Of a DNA stretch of 64,000 nt, positions 40,551-52,568 are shown one piece after another. Under the pieces are notes generated by a model. The model was not told where the DNA came from, searched no databases, and worked only from the letters and a program-made list of their open reading frames with translations. The stretch spans positions 1 to 64,000 of the forward strand of contig CBFFRP010000362.1 of NCBI GenBank assembly GCA_965644295.1, written 5' to 3'. Source of the DNA: Paraphysomonas bandaiensis. Taxonomy: Eukaryota; Protista; Chrysophyceae. The stretch's first letter is position 1. Each line of letters starts with the position of its first letter. Both the position numbers and the translations under genes were made by a program.

Positions 40551-42875
40551 GGATAAGGTTTTTTTGCGGCCCGCCAGGGCCCTCGGCCCTCGCGGGCCCG
40601 CGGCCCCCCGCGGGCCCTCTAAAATTAATTTTTTTCAGTTTTTGCCTCCTGAAGATTTTGATTTGTTATATTATTTCAGTTATTGTCTTTTAAAGATTTC
40701 GAGTTTTGAAAAAACTAATGTGATTAGTTTTTAATTTCGACTTTTTGAAAACTTAATACAAATTCATTAATAATTTTGTCATCAAGCAGGCGATTAATAA
40801 TGCATGATTCTAATTCAGAAGAATCAGGGAGAAAAGATAGTTGTAATAGCGATGATCTCCCTACAACTTTTCAGTGGGAAGGTTTCAGATACACTATCAA
40901 GCAGAGGAAGAGGCTTCAAGATGGTTCGGTATAATATATTCTCTATCAGTAAGCCACTGATCCATATATTTAGGAAATTTGAAGGGTTATTATCGGTGCT
41001 CAAAACACCGGAAAGGAAGAACATGTGGCTGTCCAGCTAAATTGACAATTCTTGTTCACGAGCAAGCAGAAGAATCTGATGAAAAACTGATAATTTCAAA
41101 GGGGAAAGAGGAGCACAAATGTGGTGCCGCCATCTTTATATTGCCTTCAGATTCACCAACATCTGATGATAATTCCAAGGAGAGGTCGTCGTTTTGTAAA
41201 GGTGTATATGACGCAAGTGGTGAAATGAAACAACTTTGTGAAGCAATGGCGTTGAAAGATGTTTCGAAGTCCTCCATTGCGATTGCAAATGAAGTTGCGG
41301 AAACAACGCGAGCGAAATATAAGCAGCTCGGTGAGAAAATTGATATTTTTTTCTTTTTGCTGTTTTCACTTCATTTTCTTTTGCTTATTTCGGTAGGAAT
41401 GCCATATAGATATCTCGAAACGTCGAAACTCAAAGCTTTGGTGTATCAGTGTAGACGTTTAGAGTTCAATGATTGGGAAGGAATTATATCGTCGTATCCG
41501 CTTGTGAACTGTGCTGATGACGACGAGAGACTATTTTTACAGTTCAATACTTCAATCAATGTTAGCAATCAGATGCAGAAGATAATTGGCTTTGCACATC
41601 CTGATTTAATCAATATTGTAAAGGGTGGTCCGGTCCATCTGTTTATAGACTGTACTTTTAAATGTGTGCCAAAGGGATTTTCTCAGTGTCTAGTAATTAT
41701 GATATATGACTACGCCTCGTCCCTATACATTCCTGTATTTTATATATTGCTGCAATCGAAGTTTGAAGAAGTGTATTCCATGGCTCTTTATTTGAGTAAG
41801 GCCTCAACAGATTTCATGATGGAGATCATCAATGGCTCAGTGGATTTCGAGAAGGGTCTGATGAATGCTATCAAACGGAACTTTGAGGGCAAGCCTGTAA
41901 CTGGATCCGATCCTAATGATTGGAATGTGCATGGCATTGTAACAGACGAGTCATCAACATCCCGCTTGATTAATAGAACCAACAATCCACTGGAAAGGTT
42001 TAACAGAAAGCTGAACGAGGCTTTTCCCACTGCGCATCCTTCCGTGGTGTTATATGTGAGTACTATTCGGAAGCTAAGTCAAGAATACGTCGAACTTCGA
42101 AACAAAATTCTCAGGGGTCATGCATCCCGGCCGAAACATCTGCCATTCCAGCAATTCACATTGCCAGAGGACTACGCTGCATTTGAAATGGACAGGTCAG
42201 TCCAAAGGACTAAGTTTGCGCAGCTCAACCAATACAAGTTTTTGATTGGGAAGAGCCACTATGATCCTGAGGATGGGTGCATGTACGAGGTGGTGAGAGT
42301 TGGATTTTACGAGGGGTCCATCGTTGGCTATCGCGAGCAGTGCCGACTGCAGAATGGATATGTTGTCGATGTACCCACTGATGATTGTATTTCAATTGAG
42401 GAGATAGTGAAATACACTGGATGTGGCAAGGAGTCTACAGTGACAGCCGAAGACTGTGCTTTCACCGAGGAGATTGAGACATGCTGTGTTGCCGCCGGCA
42501 GGGCTCAGACCGGCGCCAAACGCCGGAATAGGGCCGGTGGGGCCGGCCCCGGCGTTGTTTAGGGGCGGGGGCCTGGGGGCAGTGGACGCCGGCTCGTAGA
42601 GTCGAAGCGTGGGGAGCCCCCAGCTCCGAAAAATGTTTTGGTATAAAGTTGCTCTTGCTTAAGATATTAATAACTCTTGCTAAATTTGACCCTTTGCTTT
42701 GTGCGTAATACTGCCCTTTGCTTTGTGCGTTATTGTTGCTTGTGGTTGTAGTGTGTGTTGTGTGTGTTTTTAATTAAGAATTATTGTTATTATTGTTAGT
42801 TGTAGTAGAGGGCCAAATGCGGGCCGAGGGCCCTAGCGGGCCGAGGGCCAAAAAGGGCCAAAATTAAATTTTTCC
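40551..42875 (+). mobile_element. Mutator-like (MULE) DNA transposon with GC-rich GGCCC-repeat termini
   Basis: Ends GGATAAGGTTTTTTTGCGGCCCGCCAGGGCCCTCGGCCC.. and ..GGGCCGAGGGCCCTAGCGGGCC..AAATTTTTCC are imperfect inverted repeats. Flanking direct repeat AGCTAAT(GGAT) at 40544 and 42876. Confidence 0.85.
40800..42562 (+). pseudogene. MULE transposase (FLYWCH/WRKY-like Zn finger + DDE), 2 introns, internal in-frame deletion
   Basis: YYRCSKH..CPAKL..EEHKC finger; LFIDCTFK (D1), SVDFEKGL (D2), RTNNPLERFN (E). The CxxH-containing region normally between D2 and E is missing (KPVTG runs into SDPNDWN). Confidence 0.8.
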
Positions 42876-43108
42876 AGCTAATGGATGCAGTATAGTATGT
42901 AAATCCTACTCCAACATATTTGTGATACTTGTGTTCAAAATCAATAATTGCGCCTGTAAGAAGTATGCTTATGTAAAAAGTAATTATTGTTTAAACTGCG
43001 TCATTAAAAAATACTAGTACAGAAATAAATCAGTTTATATAGTGTAGGATTTTTCTGGATGGAATCGGCGTGATAATCTACATACCCACGTCACATAAGT
43101 ACGCATCA

Positions 43109-43190
43109 GTATCACGGATTCCATTTTTCAGCACTGAAACCCCTTTGAGGTAACAATGCGTCATTCCCAGCTCAAAATCCGACAATATAC
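43109..43190 (-). promoter_or_regulatory. Putative SECIS element in the 3' UTR of the candidate selenoprotein
   Basis: Minus strand: CGGAUUUU (helix I)..AUGAC GCAUUG UU ACCUC AAA GGGGU UU CAGUGC UGAA..GGAAUCCG. This gives a UGAN/NGAN core, paired helix II, apical adenosines and a basal helix. The core lies ~60 nt after the stop codon. Confidence 0.75.
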
Positions 43191-43226
43191 TTCACACAAT
43201 CATTTCTATTTCGTGAAAATATACGC

Positions 43227-43595
43227 TTATGCCGATGAAGCAAGTCCCATGTAGGAACTGTCTGCTTCATTGGCCATCTCTATGAGGGTATCAACTCTGC
43301 GGCTGTAGAATGAATTATGCTGCACTTTTTCCGACCCCGCCAGCTGCTCGCCCTCTGGAGTGCATACTCTCACCCAACCATGAGACTCCCAAGTTGTTTC
43401 TGTGCTATCATGTTTCAGTTCAACAGCGTAACCCATTTCATTTAGATGAGCAATGAGTTCTTTGATTCGTGACGTATTATGATTCCACCTTCCTCAGTTC
43501 ATGTAGGGGCCATACTCCACAACAATAGTAGGAGCATCATCCTTCGCGCCAGGAATGAGTTTGTTCAATTCGTTGGAAGAGCTTGAAGTGCACAT
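43227..43595 (-). CDS. Candidate selenoprotein, 122 aa, Sec at codon 34; UPF0728/C10orf53-like, Rdx/thioredoxin-like layout
   Basis: ATG at 43595 is in frame with ORF 43227-43436. The only interruption is TGA at 43494-43496: MCTSSSSNELNKLIPGAKDDAPTIVVEYGPYMN-U-GRWNHNTSRIKELIAHLNEMGYAVELKH... A SECIS-like hairpin lies downstream. Confidence 0.8.
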
Positions 43596-45167
43596 TGTCA
43601 ATAGTATACTATTCAAATCTGGTTTTACTTAAATAATGACAATCTTGAGAGCTTATATCGATATACTTCAATGAAAGTTCCTGGCTAGGAAAAGGCAAGA
43701 AAGTTCCTGTCAAAGCTTTTGCTACTACTAAATACATCAACCCAAAAAGCAGACAAATTGTACAAAATACTTGTAAAACCACCTATTTCGGATAGGAGGA
43801 GATGTTGAAGCACTAGAAAAATAAACTTTTAGCCGTAAAAAATCCCTTTTACGCAGAAAACACCGTATTTTTTCTCTAGGGTCGGGTTCTAGAACACTGA
43901 TTCTTTCCTTGAAGGAGAAAAAATTTGCTTTAGATATGGCAAAAAAATCTTTGTTTTTCGCAATAAAAGAGTAATTTCATATCTTTTTTACACTTTCTTG
44001 GAAAGGGAAATTCAAGGGATGTTTGAATTTAAACTCCGTTATACTATAAAATACGGGTTTTACACTATAAAAAAACTCTTTTTCTAAAATTTTCATTTTA
44101 CATAATTCAAGAATTCCCATGTGTACGGTGGTACCGGACGAATGGGAGGCTGACGTAGTGGTGACGGTTGTGTGTAGTGGATAGAAACGATGATTTCCCT
44201 CATAATTATTCCTATTGAATTGACTCAGTTAATCCATTGTGTTACTATATACCAACAAGATAAGCCATTGTGAATGAACAAATGTTGCGAGCCGCGAGAA
44301 GAGTTTCGAATTTCAAATCCCTCAGTAATTGCAATGTGAGTGAGCTCGCGATATCACGTCTCCAAATGATCGCAGAGAGGGAGTTAGGACGTGAGCTGTT
44401 TGATTTGAACGGTTTCCAGGGATGTTTGGTTGAGTCAAACTCAATGCCCCTGGATACTCTTGAATTAAAAGTAAATCAATGGATTGAGCGAAAAAAGGCG
44501 AGCAAAATTTTCTCCGAGGTCAGAAATCAGTGTCCTTAACACCGGGCGAAATGTCAATACATTGTATATATGCTTCACGGCCCATTGAATTTGAGGTAAA
44601 TGTGCAACCTTGCTCTGTCTTCATATATTCCCGCAGAATGTGAACTTCATAGAAGTCAACTATCCAGTTTTCGTGTTTCAATAGAAGTTTGTGAGTTTCG
44701 CTACATATATCTGGCAAAGAATACATAAAAAAAATTTGTAACCAGACATATTCCTGTAATAATCAGTGTGTAAGTTTGCTTGGCTTTTTTGTAACATCTT
44801 TTGGAGGTATTTATAGCATTGCTTCATAAGTTTTTATAGACTGTCTGTACTATAAGGAAATTAATCTTCTCTCATTCAAGATGTTGTAAGTGCATATTCA
44901 GGGATATATCTTACTGCTAAAGACATGTAGTATTTAGTTTTGCCTCAACAATAGAGTTGAACTCGTCCGTCCCCTACATCACCCTTACTAAAGTAAGAAC
45001 TACTACAGTTAACAGTACACAGTAGTGAATGTCATATTACTATTAGCAATAGGCGTTTCAGAGTAAGTGCTTAACACTGATATCCTACAATTTAACGCTA
45101 CAAAAGTTGCTTGTGCGTTACCGCAACCACCAAGGTGGCAGCTATAAATCGCTCTATCACTCCAATC

Positions 45168-45720
45168 TATTAGAATATGGATCTTATTCTAGTATATTCA
45201 GTAATGTCACATGAAGACAATGTACGAGAATGCAGTGAAATATAGTAATGTACAAATGCTATGATGATATTGAGAAACTGAAATAGCTTGATCTTTCAAG
45301 ATATGTTCAGTAACGAGAGGTTCGCATATGTAGGATATGAGTTTGTGTTGTTTATCACAACTTCGTGTAAACGATATTAATAAATCTATCTAGTCTTACG
45401 ACAAATTTTCTCTCTGATCTAGTGAACAACGAGCAATTTCCAACATGGTGGCGAGCGAGGAGGATAGAGGAGTAGTTCCGCAGTTGAACGAGAGTAACGT
45501 TGAACATTGGATCGAGGATTTCGAGACATTCCTCACGAGGAAAGAAGAAAGTGAGGTAGTGGTGGAGCCGCCACCGAAGGAAAGCAAGTTCGGGGAACAG
45601 CCACTCACGTTAATGGAGGAGAAGTCTTACAGACAAGCTGTGAAGAAGTACTGAAAGGCAAATGTCATAGTGTTTTCGTATTGTAGGGAGGCAGTGCAAT
45701 CAACTTCGAAGGCGCCCCAA
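45168..45720 (+). mobile_element. Truncated Ty1/copia-like retrotransposon: 5' LTR (45168-45445), PBS-like TGG, decayed gag
   Basis: The LTR ends ..TTCCAACA and is followed at once by TGGTGGCGAGCG. Gag-like VPQLNESNVEHWIEDFETFLTRK..Y*KANVIVFSY has an internal stop. LTR limits are set by the second copy at 61313-61429. Confidence 0.7.
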
Positions 45721-46455
45721 AAGTTCCATCTATTGCAGGGTTCAAGGCTGATGGAAGTGGAAGTAACAGGTTTAAAGTTTAAAGCACATGTTATGATTGA
45801 TGAATTGCTACTCTACATATTTGGGAATGTTTATATTAAAATGGCATTACTGTAATAGTGGCATTCTTTAACTGGATGTCAGCTTTTGCTTGGAATTCTT
45901 CTCTCGGTCGTCTCAACAATTGGAGTTGCAATACTTACTACTTACATACTTATTACTTATCCACTCCTGATTATGGAGTGAGCACTCTCGTCCCAGATAT
46001 AACGATTTAGATGGTGATTGAAACTCTGTGATGTTAAATGCACAATCATTGTGTAAAAATAAGTTATACGTCCAAAAATACATACTCTGGTGATGCCTTC
46101 TTTCTGCGAAATAAAATTGTTTATTGTGATATAGTAGTTAAAGGAAATTTGCAAATGTCTATTATTAATAGAATTCTACTATATTTCATTAATAGAATGA
46201 ATGCAAAAGGTGAAAGGAAAACAGAAAACACCAAATCAAAACAAATAGAAGTACACTAAAGAGACTACATATATACATATCAATTTTGATACACATGGTA
46301 GATAAAAAAGGTAGATTCTTAGTCAATGACATACCCAGGCCCACAACTCTAGACAACAAATGACAGCGGGGTTGCCGAAAATTGATATCTGCAAGATTGG
46401 ACTTACTCGCTTTTTTAGTGTATCCAATTATAAATCAAATCCACATTCGACTAAA

Positions 46456-48512
46456 TTAAGACTGTCCAATGGATGTATTCTGCACGGGTGACATTCCCGC
46501 ACACCGAAAGCACATACACTTACCCGGTACAGGACACTGAAGCAGCGGAGAATGTGTTACAACACCACATCGACTGCAGAACGCATTCAAACATTTACAG
46601 CAGTGATGCCGCTTTCTCCATCTAATCTTATGTGGTTTGAATTTAAATTTTCCCTTACATATGAAGCAGTGTTTATTACCACTATCCTCACCGTCGAACA
46701 AGTCATGTCGACTAGCATCTTCATCACACGAAGAGTGAGCACTTGAGGAAATAGAGTCATTGCGGCTGAATCGTGTCGGCGCCATGCCAGAGTTGATAGA
46801 ACATTCGCCAAATACCTTAGCCAAAAACGACCACTTGGATTGGGCGCATATCTGCTGACTGATACTCAATACCGGACTTAGAAATAGAAGTGGTTTTACA
46901 TGAAAGCCATGGAACCAAGTGAAAACAGAACTCACTGATTCATGGGTATCAGATATTAACTCTGTGCAAAAGTTGAGTTTTTTCATAGCACGAAGATATA
47001 TGCTATAAGCCACTACAGCTCCTAGAATTAATAGGGCATATATTGCAACTGCGAAGTCGGAAGATTTTTTGAACACATGTACAGTCCCTGCTGTTACAAC
47101 TGCTGATATACCAGAAATGAACTTCAAAGAGGACAACGATATTGTGTAACTTGATTTTAAGGAGTTCGAGTAAGAGCTATCCTTTGGGGTAGAAACTGCT
47201 ACTGCTGATTGAAGCGGTGTATGAATACTTCTGCGATTGGTGTTCCTTGAAGCATTGGACGTGAGCTTGTCGACATCAAGTCCTGTTGAGATTTTTAACA
47301 TTGACATAGGCATATATTGTGCAACAGCAATTTCACCACATCTATCAGATATTTCTTTGCTTGATAAAGAAGTAGTAGCAGGCCCTGTCAATGGCAATTC
47401 AAAATTCAAATACATATATTCCGACCGGCCAATCACATTCCAGCTCGAGAGACGATATGTGTGAGACACAAGAGAATGAGCGGAATGCAATGGTATCGAA
47501 TCCGACGTGTAAGTATCGATCCCATCATATACTGTTATCCAACGGTGTTGAGAAGTACTACCCGGTTTAGAATTGGGATCTACATCAAGTCGCTGAAGGA
47601 GATACTTGTGTACAGGATACATATTAGTATTCGAATCTATTTCTGCGATTTTCCATTCTACTGTTACATGTGTAAAGCACCGAGATGATTCAATCAACAC
47701 TACTTGAGGGGGGGAAGTAATGAGTGGAGGTCGCCCCATACCCAACAACTTCATCCGCATACCCCTTAGAAGCCGTCGTTTAAGAGTTATGCGAGTGATA
47801 CCAAGCTCTTGTTCCAATAGCTGTCCATCATTTTCGAGCAACTCAGGGAAATCATACCCAGTAATTCCTACAAAGTAGTAAGCATATTAGAGTACATAAA
47901 CTTCACCTATGAGCAAAACATATGTACGTTCAACAACATGCTATTATCTAAAATATACAGTTGACAAACCATTTCTTATAAATCTTGCAACAATAGACTC
48001 CGGTATTAACTGAGAGTGTGTTACCCACTCAGCAACCTCTTCCGTCGGAAGTAACGACGCTATCAATACAGATCAACGTATGAGAAGTGAGCCGAAGAGG
48101 CAGAAAAGAACATACCTAAAGATTGCCAGTACACTACCAAATCATTTTTCTTGAGGATCATATCGTTTTCTCTGCCTAAATTCCTAAACACACTCGAAAC
48201 TGCATTTTGAATTTCACTGTTCTCATCTAAAGACTTTCCCCCGGTGTCTTTTACAAACTGAAAGTAGAACAGTGTGAACACATATGCTACAGTGCATGAA
48301 TAGATTCAACTGCACACTACCTCTCTGAGCTCATCAAGACTGATCTGCCCATTAGCATTATTGTCCATATCAGCAAAAAAACCATCTCTAGATTGATCTG
48401 AGGTGAAACCGTCCCCCAACTCACCGGTGTCTATGCAATTACATCTGCCCATGCAGCATGTATATATCCAAAGCGCGAACACCATTGCATGGGATCTCCA
48501 TAATAGCTTCAT
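46456..48512 (-). CDS. STIM-like EF-hand/SAM protein with FN3, transmembrane helix and C-terminal FYVE-like zinc finger, 4 exons
   Basis: Signal peptide MKLLWRSHAMVFALWIYTCC; canonical EF loop DNNANGQISLDE; degenerate second EF; SAM (TEEVAEWVTH..F..GITGYDFPEL..LGITRITLKRRL); FN3 (VTVEW..YLLQR..W..VYDG..YRLSSWNVIGRS); TM AVAIYALLILGAVVAYSIYL; CFIC..RKRHHCCKC..FCSRC..CFRC. Confidence 0.85.
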
Positions 48513-48694
48513 GAGTGCAATCAGCAATAGTAGACTGCAACAATTTCTCAGTGATTTTGCATAAGGATGTAACCACAGATCTATTGATAGTGCGGTTATG
48601 TGATATGAGTGAGTCTTGAAACGGACTGTGAGAACAACTTAACGCAACGAACAAATTCGAAACCAATAGAAAAAGAGTTCAACTCGGTATACAA

Positions 48695-49393
48695 ACATAC
48701 ATACATACATACATACATACATACATACATACATACATACATACATACATACATACATACATACATACATACATACATACATACATACATACATACATAC
48801 ATACATACATACATACATACATACATACATACATACATACATACATACATACATACATACATACATACATACATAATACATACATAATACATACATAGTA
48901 CATAATACATACATACATACATACATACATACATACATACATACATACATACATACATACATACATACATACATACATACATACATACATACATACATAC
49001 ATACATACATACATACATACATACATACATACATACATACATACATACATACATACATACATACATACATACATACATACATACATACATACATACATAC
49101 ATACATACATACATACATACATACATACATACATACATACATACATACATACATACATACATACATACATACATACATACATACATACATACATACATAC
49201 ATACATACATACATACATACATACATACATACATACATACATACATACATACATACATACATACATACATACATACATACATACATACATACATACATAC
49301 ATACATACATACATACATACATACATACATACATACATACATACATACATACATACATACATACATACATACATACATACATACATACATACA

Positions 49394-49425
<32 letters not shown>

Positions 49426-49805
49426 CATACATACATACATACATACATACATACATACATACATACATACATACATACATACATACATACATACATACAT
49501 ACATACATACATACATACATACATACATACATACATACATACATACATACATACATACATACATACATACATACATACATACATACATACATACATACAT
49601 ACATACATACATACATACATACATACATACATACATACATACATACATACATACATACATACATGCATACATACATACATACATACATACATACATACAT
49701 ACATACATACATACATACATACATACATACATACATACATACATACATACATACATACATACATACATACATACATACATACATACATACATACATACAT
49801 GCATA
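48695..49805. repeat. (CATA)n microsatellite, ~1.1 kb
   Basis: Directly visible, with few interruptions (near 48875-48905, 49423 and 49666). Confidence 0.99.
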
Positions 49806-49921
49806 CGGCTTCAGTGGAGTGTGCGGATGCGACTATATCTCAACGACGTTTCTTGCTATCGTATCACATTCTCCCTCAATGCTTCTCCGTCACCAGTCCT
49901 AATGATCTCCGATATTTAACA

Positions 49922-52568
49922 ATGTCTCATAGATATCTCTGGTCTTATCTATTGCTGTGTGTTGTGTGTATATATGGACAGTATCATCAGCAGTCTCCAT
50001 ACTGTAAACGAGATTATGTGCCTGAGTATATAGCCCACAACAACACATATATATGCCGATATATCAAACCATCTGAGATTATCGCTGGCATGAAGTGGCT
50101 AGTGGATCAACCGGTGTCCTCTGCCTGTACTGGTAATGTTATCGTCCATGAGGGGTTTCATGTATGTGATAGTGAGCTGCCCACCTATGAGGGGATGGTA
50201 TATGTCTACATGTACAACAATAACAAGGAACAATGCGTGCTTAGAACTCCTGTTGGGGAATACTGGCTCTCACGAGGGTACTTTGTTCGGTATATTTTTC
50301 CTGGATTTCCAGTCAAATGTACGAAACAATTTCATTCGCAAAAAAAGAGAGGAGAGAGAATTAGCTTTCATCGCTCACTACCAGAGAATGACGAAGAGGT
50401 CCATATGCTGTTTCTTGAGGATGACAAAGGCCAGAGTTCATTTGAGTTAGCCGTCATGATGTCAAATTGGCCAGGACGACGAAATGTTCGCCAAATTAGT
50501 ATGAGATTAAGATACTCGTGTTCAGTCTTGCAAGACCTCGGATTCGGAACATCCACAGGCTGGGGTCTATGGTCTCTTCATCATTTCCTCAGAACCGCAG
50601 GATTTGAGAGATTTGCAGTTTCATCAGAGAGTGGATCAACAAAATCCCAACCATTGTGTATTAAAGGTTAGTCCATTATGTCAGCATGTGTGTAGTATAA
50701 TATACATTTGAGTTGCACTTTGGACCTTATTGTGCTGTACGTTTAAAGAATTTATAATGTGTGTTTAAAAATAGAGGTATTGCAAGCGGCTGAAATCGAC
50801 CCATCGAAATGTTGCTATTATTCCAGTTTCATTCGAAATCGTCCGGCAGACTTGACACTCCCTGCAACCATTCATGACTATCCAGCGGCAAATTTTGATT
50901 CAAGACTGAATGCAGTACTTTGGAATATCGCAAGTAGTGATATTCCCCCGTATTGTGCACTTCCAGTAGGGGCAAACCGCACCTATGAGCTCACCTCAAT
51001 GTATAAGTGGATTTGGCGGGAACTAAAATATACCTGTCAGATAGTACAACACAGTTTTCCGTGTACGAGAACGCCCATTGTTAATCCTTTAACGCCGTGC
51101 ATGCGATCCGTTGCGTCTGCAATGGCAGAGGACTATGCATGGAGCAAGGGTTGGTGCCATGTAAGTACTGGGTTGTCTGATATACCAGAGCTCCCGGATA
51201 TGGAATCACAAGCAGCGCAGTTGGTGGAAAACGGGAAGGAGATAGATGCGATGCGAGATGCTAACAAACCGGCCTTGCGATTAGTATTTCTTATAACCGT
51301 ATACCGGGATATCGAATTCGTACAGCGGTTACTGGATAAGCTATACAGCCCTTTTCATCAGTATGTCATCGCTGTGGATAAGAAGCAAGTATCGTTTGTG
51401 GCTGATATGAGGAGTCTTGTGCGAAGCCGTTATGGTCGCAATGTTGTTGTGAGTGATCCGTATGCTGTAGTGTACTTGGCCTCGTCTGCCACCCGCATTC
51501 TTATACATGGAATGTCCTGGTTCTTGCGCCGTATTCCGGGATGGGATTATCTTGTTACTTTGACTGGTAGTGACTACCCTCTTATTCCTCTGGCACGGAT
51601 GGAATCCATTCTTGCTGCTAGAAATCCCCCAATGCCGAGTCTTATGGCGTGGAGTTTAAAATCTATATCGTCAACCAAACCCCTGTCTCTATCACCGTTG
51701 GCTCAGCACGCAGCGAAAGTGGTATTCAGTGAACGCCGAGGAGGTGTTAGCCACGCCAGAGGTAACTCACAGTTTGGCCTACCACTAACATGTGAGGGGC
51801 AAAGCCTCTTATGTAGATACAACAACAGGAATGCTCCCAAGCGGTGGCTTACGAACGATACATTTCATTCACAGGTAACTATCAGTTTATGTGCAAATTC
51901 CTTGAGTATTGCTATATATTTGCCAGCGTATACCTCTTCGGTTTCACTTATAGGATATTTATCGCTTGTATTGTATGCTGAGTCTTCCTATATCGCTACT
52001 AGCTACAATTGTGACTGTTTTGTTTTTGCTGTGCTAGTGGCTCTTCGGTAAAGACATCTGGAGGGATAACGTAAACATGAACTTCGTGAAAGAGTGGAGT
52101 GCTCCTCCAGTTGATAATACTTTTCGTGTATGGCATAAGAGTGACCCTGCCACTACTGGTGTGTATGATAGGGAGAGTGTGGAGTATATCATACGTAGCA
52201 GTGAAGGCATCAAGTATTATCATTTCTTCAAATATATGCTTGTCGCCTCTGAAGAACACTATTGGATTTCTCTATTGGGAAACTGGAAGCGGACTATTCG
52301 CTTTGTGAATAGTATTCAGTCCCTTGCGATATGGAATACATGGAGACACGGTACCTTAACCTATAACACTACGAAAAGCCGAAGCAAGGGTGACAGAAGT
52401 ACCCACACATCTTTTTTATCGACTCGTGAAATTGATATTCTAAGGGGACTAAATGAGTTGGGCGTGTTCTTTGCACGTAAATTTACTTCGAACCAAGCTG
52501 ATGTGCTTGATATGATAGATGACATGATAGAAAATGATAAGAGTACCAAGTGGCTTCGCACTGCCTAA
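49922..52568 (+). CDS. Secretory-pathway GT14 (core-2/I-branching/xylosyltransferase-like) glycosyltransferase with an extra N-terminal domain, 3 exons
   Basis: N-terminal hydrophobic signal; RLVFLITVYRD..RLLDKLYSPFHQYVIAVDK, WDYLVTLTGSDYPL, HSQ/W, SEEHYW, FFARKF. Confidence 0.82.

Noticed and set aside
43488-43514. A 27-nt GT-AG micro-intron that would remove the UGA in frame
   Set aside because: Much shorter than the other introns in the window (about 48 nt or more), and it would delete the YGPY motif that matches the family; still worth excluding with RNA-seq.
43800-44730. AT-rich tract and 89-aa ORF, possibly a decayed element
   Set aside because: No boundaries or diagnostic domain identified.
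48596-49902. Long MYVC/HTYI-repeat ORFs (also at 38356-39060 and 55529-56067)
   Set aside because: Translation artefacts of stop-free (TACA)n microsatellites.
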